DNA of 63,405 bases, counting the filler, from Octopus bimaculoides (lineage: Eukaryota), in the NCBI RefSeq assembly GCF_001194135.2. It is 7 parts of 6 records of this genome, joined end to end, with 100 filler letters (N's around TTAATTAATTAA, not from the genome) between each part and the next. Parts side by side here need not be neighbours in the genome. Positions count along the whole stretch, not along the records: positions 61,610 to 63,405 come from NW_026413540.1; 6 more parts are not named here. One strand, 5' to 3'. Within the stretch, counting starts at the first letter, position 1. Each line of letters starts with the position of its first letter. The position numbers and the translations under genes are program-made. This document shows, in pieces, positions 62,413 through 63,405 of this stretch. Below the pieces are notes generated by a model. The model had not been told where the DNA came from and made no database searches. It saw only the letters and a program-made list of their open reading frames with translations.

Positions 62413-63405
62413 NNNNNNNNNNNNNNNNNNNNNNNNNNNNNNNNNNNNNNNNNNNNNNNNNNNNNNNNNNNNNNNNNNNNNNNNNNNNNNNNNNNNNNNN
62501 NNNNNNNNNNNNNNNNNNNNNNNNNNNNNNNNNNNNNNNNNNNNNNNNNNNNNNNNNNNNNNNNNNNNNNNNNNNNNNNNNNNNNNNNNNNNNNNNNNNN
62601 NNNNNNNNNNNNNNNNNNNNNNNNNNNNNNNNNNNNNNNNNNNNNNNNNNNNNNNNNNNNNNNNNNNNNNNNNNNNNNNNNNNNNNNNNNNNNNNNNNNN
62701 NNNNNNNNNNNNNNNNNNNNNNNNNNNNNNNNNNNNNNNNNNNNNNNNNNNNNNNNNNNNNNNNNNNNNNNNNNNNNNNNNNNNNNNNNNNNNNNNNNNN
62801 NNNNNNNNNNNNNNNNNNNNNNNNNNNNNNNNNNNNNNNNNNNNNNNNNNNNNNNNNNNNNNNNNNNNNNNNNNNNNNNNNNNNNNNNNNNNNNNNNNNN
62901 NNNNNNNNNNNNNNNNNNNNNNNNNNNNNNNNNNNNNNNNNNNNNNNNNNNNNNNNNNNNNNNNNNNNNNNNNNNNNNNNNNNNNNNNNNNNNNNNNNNN
63001 NNNNNNNNNNNNNNNNNNNNNNNNNNNNNNNNNNNNNNNNNNNNNNNNNNNNNNNNNNNNNNNNNNNNNNNNNNNNNNNNNNNNNNNNNNNNNNNNNNNN
63101 NNNNNNNNNNNNNNNNNNNNNNNNNNNNNNNNNNNNNNNNNNNNNNNNNNNNNNNNNNNNNNNNNNNNNGATTTTAATTCAAAACCTATGAAAACAAGAC
63201 ATTTGTACTCAGAGCCAGAGTTGGTTTCAGCCGGGTTGGTAACGAAAGGGTTAAGAATTGTTTCTCTATTATATATTTTAACCCTTTTGTTGCCATATTT
63301 CTGTTAGTCTCTTTTTATTGAGCTGCAAGGTTACAAGGATGTAAAGAGGCCAACACTAGTTATCAAGCAGCTGTGGGGGACAAGCACAAACACAAACAGA
63401 TACAT

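Overview
AT-rich, microsatellite- and transposon-dense animal genomic DNA with many assembly gaps. The repeat families look like those of an Octopus-type coleoid cephalopod (recognised by eye, not checked by search). Almost all ORFs in the supplied track are gap, microsatellite or TE artefacts. One real protein-coding gene could be assembled by hand on the minus strand from five GT-AG exons with consistent phases (22517 to 16137, no gaps inside). It encodes a ~153-aa type-I membrane protein: signal peptide, one atypical Ig-like domain, Ser/Thr stalk, and a Glu-containing TM helix. Its 3' end is unusual: a TAG directly after the TM is followed by an in-frame 28-codon tail, then a duplicated in-phase TM exon that carries an early TGA. 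A probable paralogous Ig-like exon, split by a MITE, lies ~3 kb downstream. The second theme is minimal type-I hammerhead ribozyme motifs in several unrelated repeats, including a tRNA-headed SINE-like element that carries an intact hammerhead. Also present: a 5'-inverted (twin-primed-like) RTE insertion with TSD, a 333-bp identical templated insertion, RTE/Tx1/R4-Dong/CR1/Penelope/Gypsy/hAT/Tigger remnants, several palindromic MITEs, and six artificial TTAATTAATTAA scaffold linkers. No CRISPR, rRNA or genuine tRNA gene was found.
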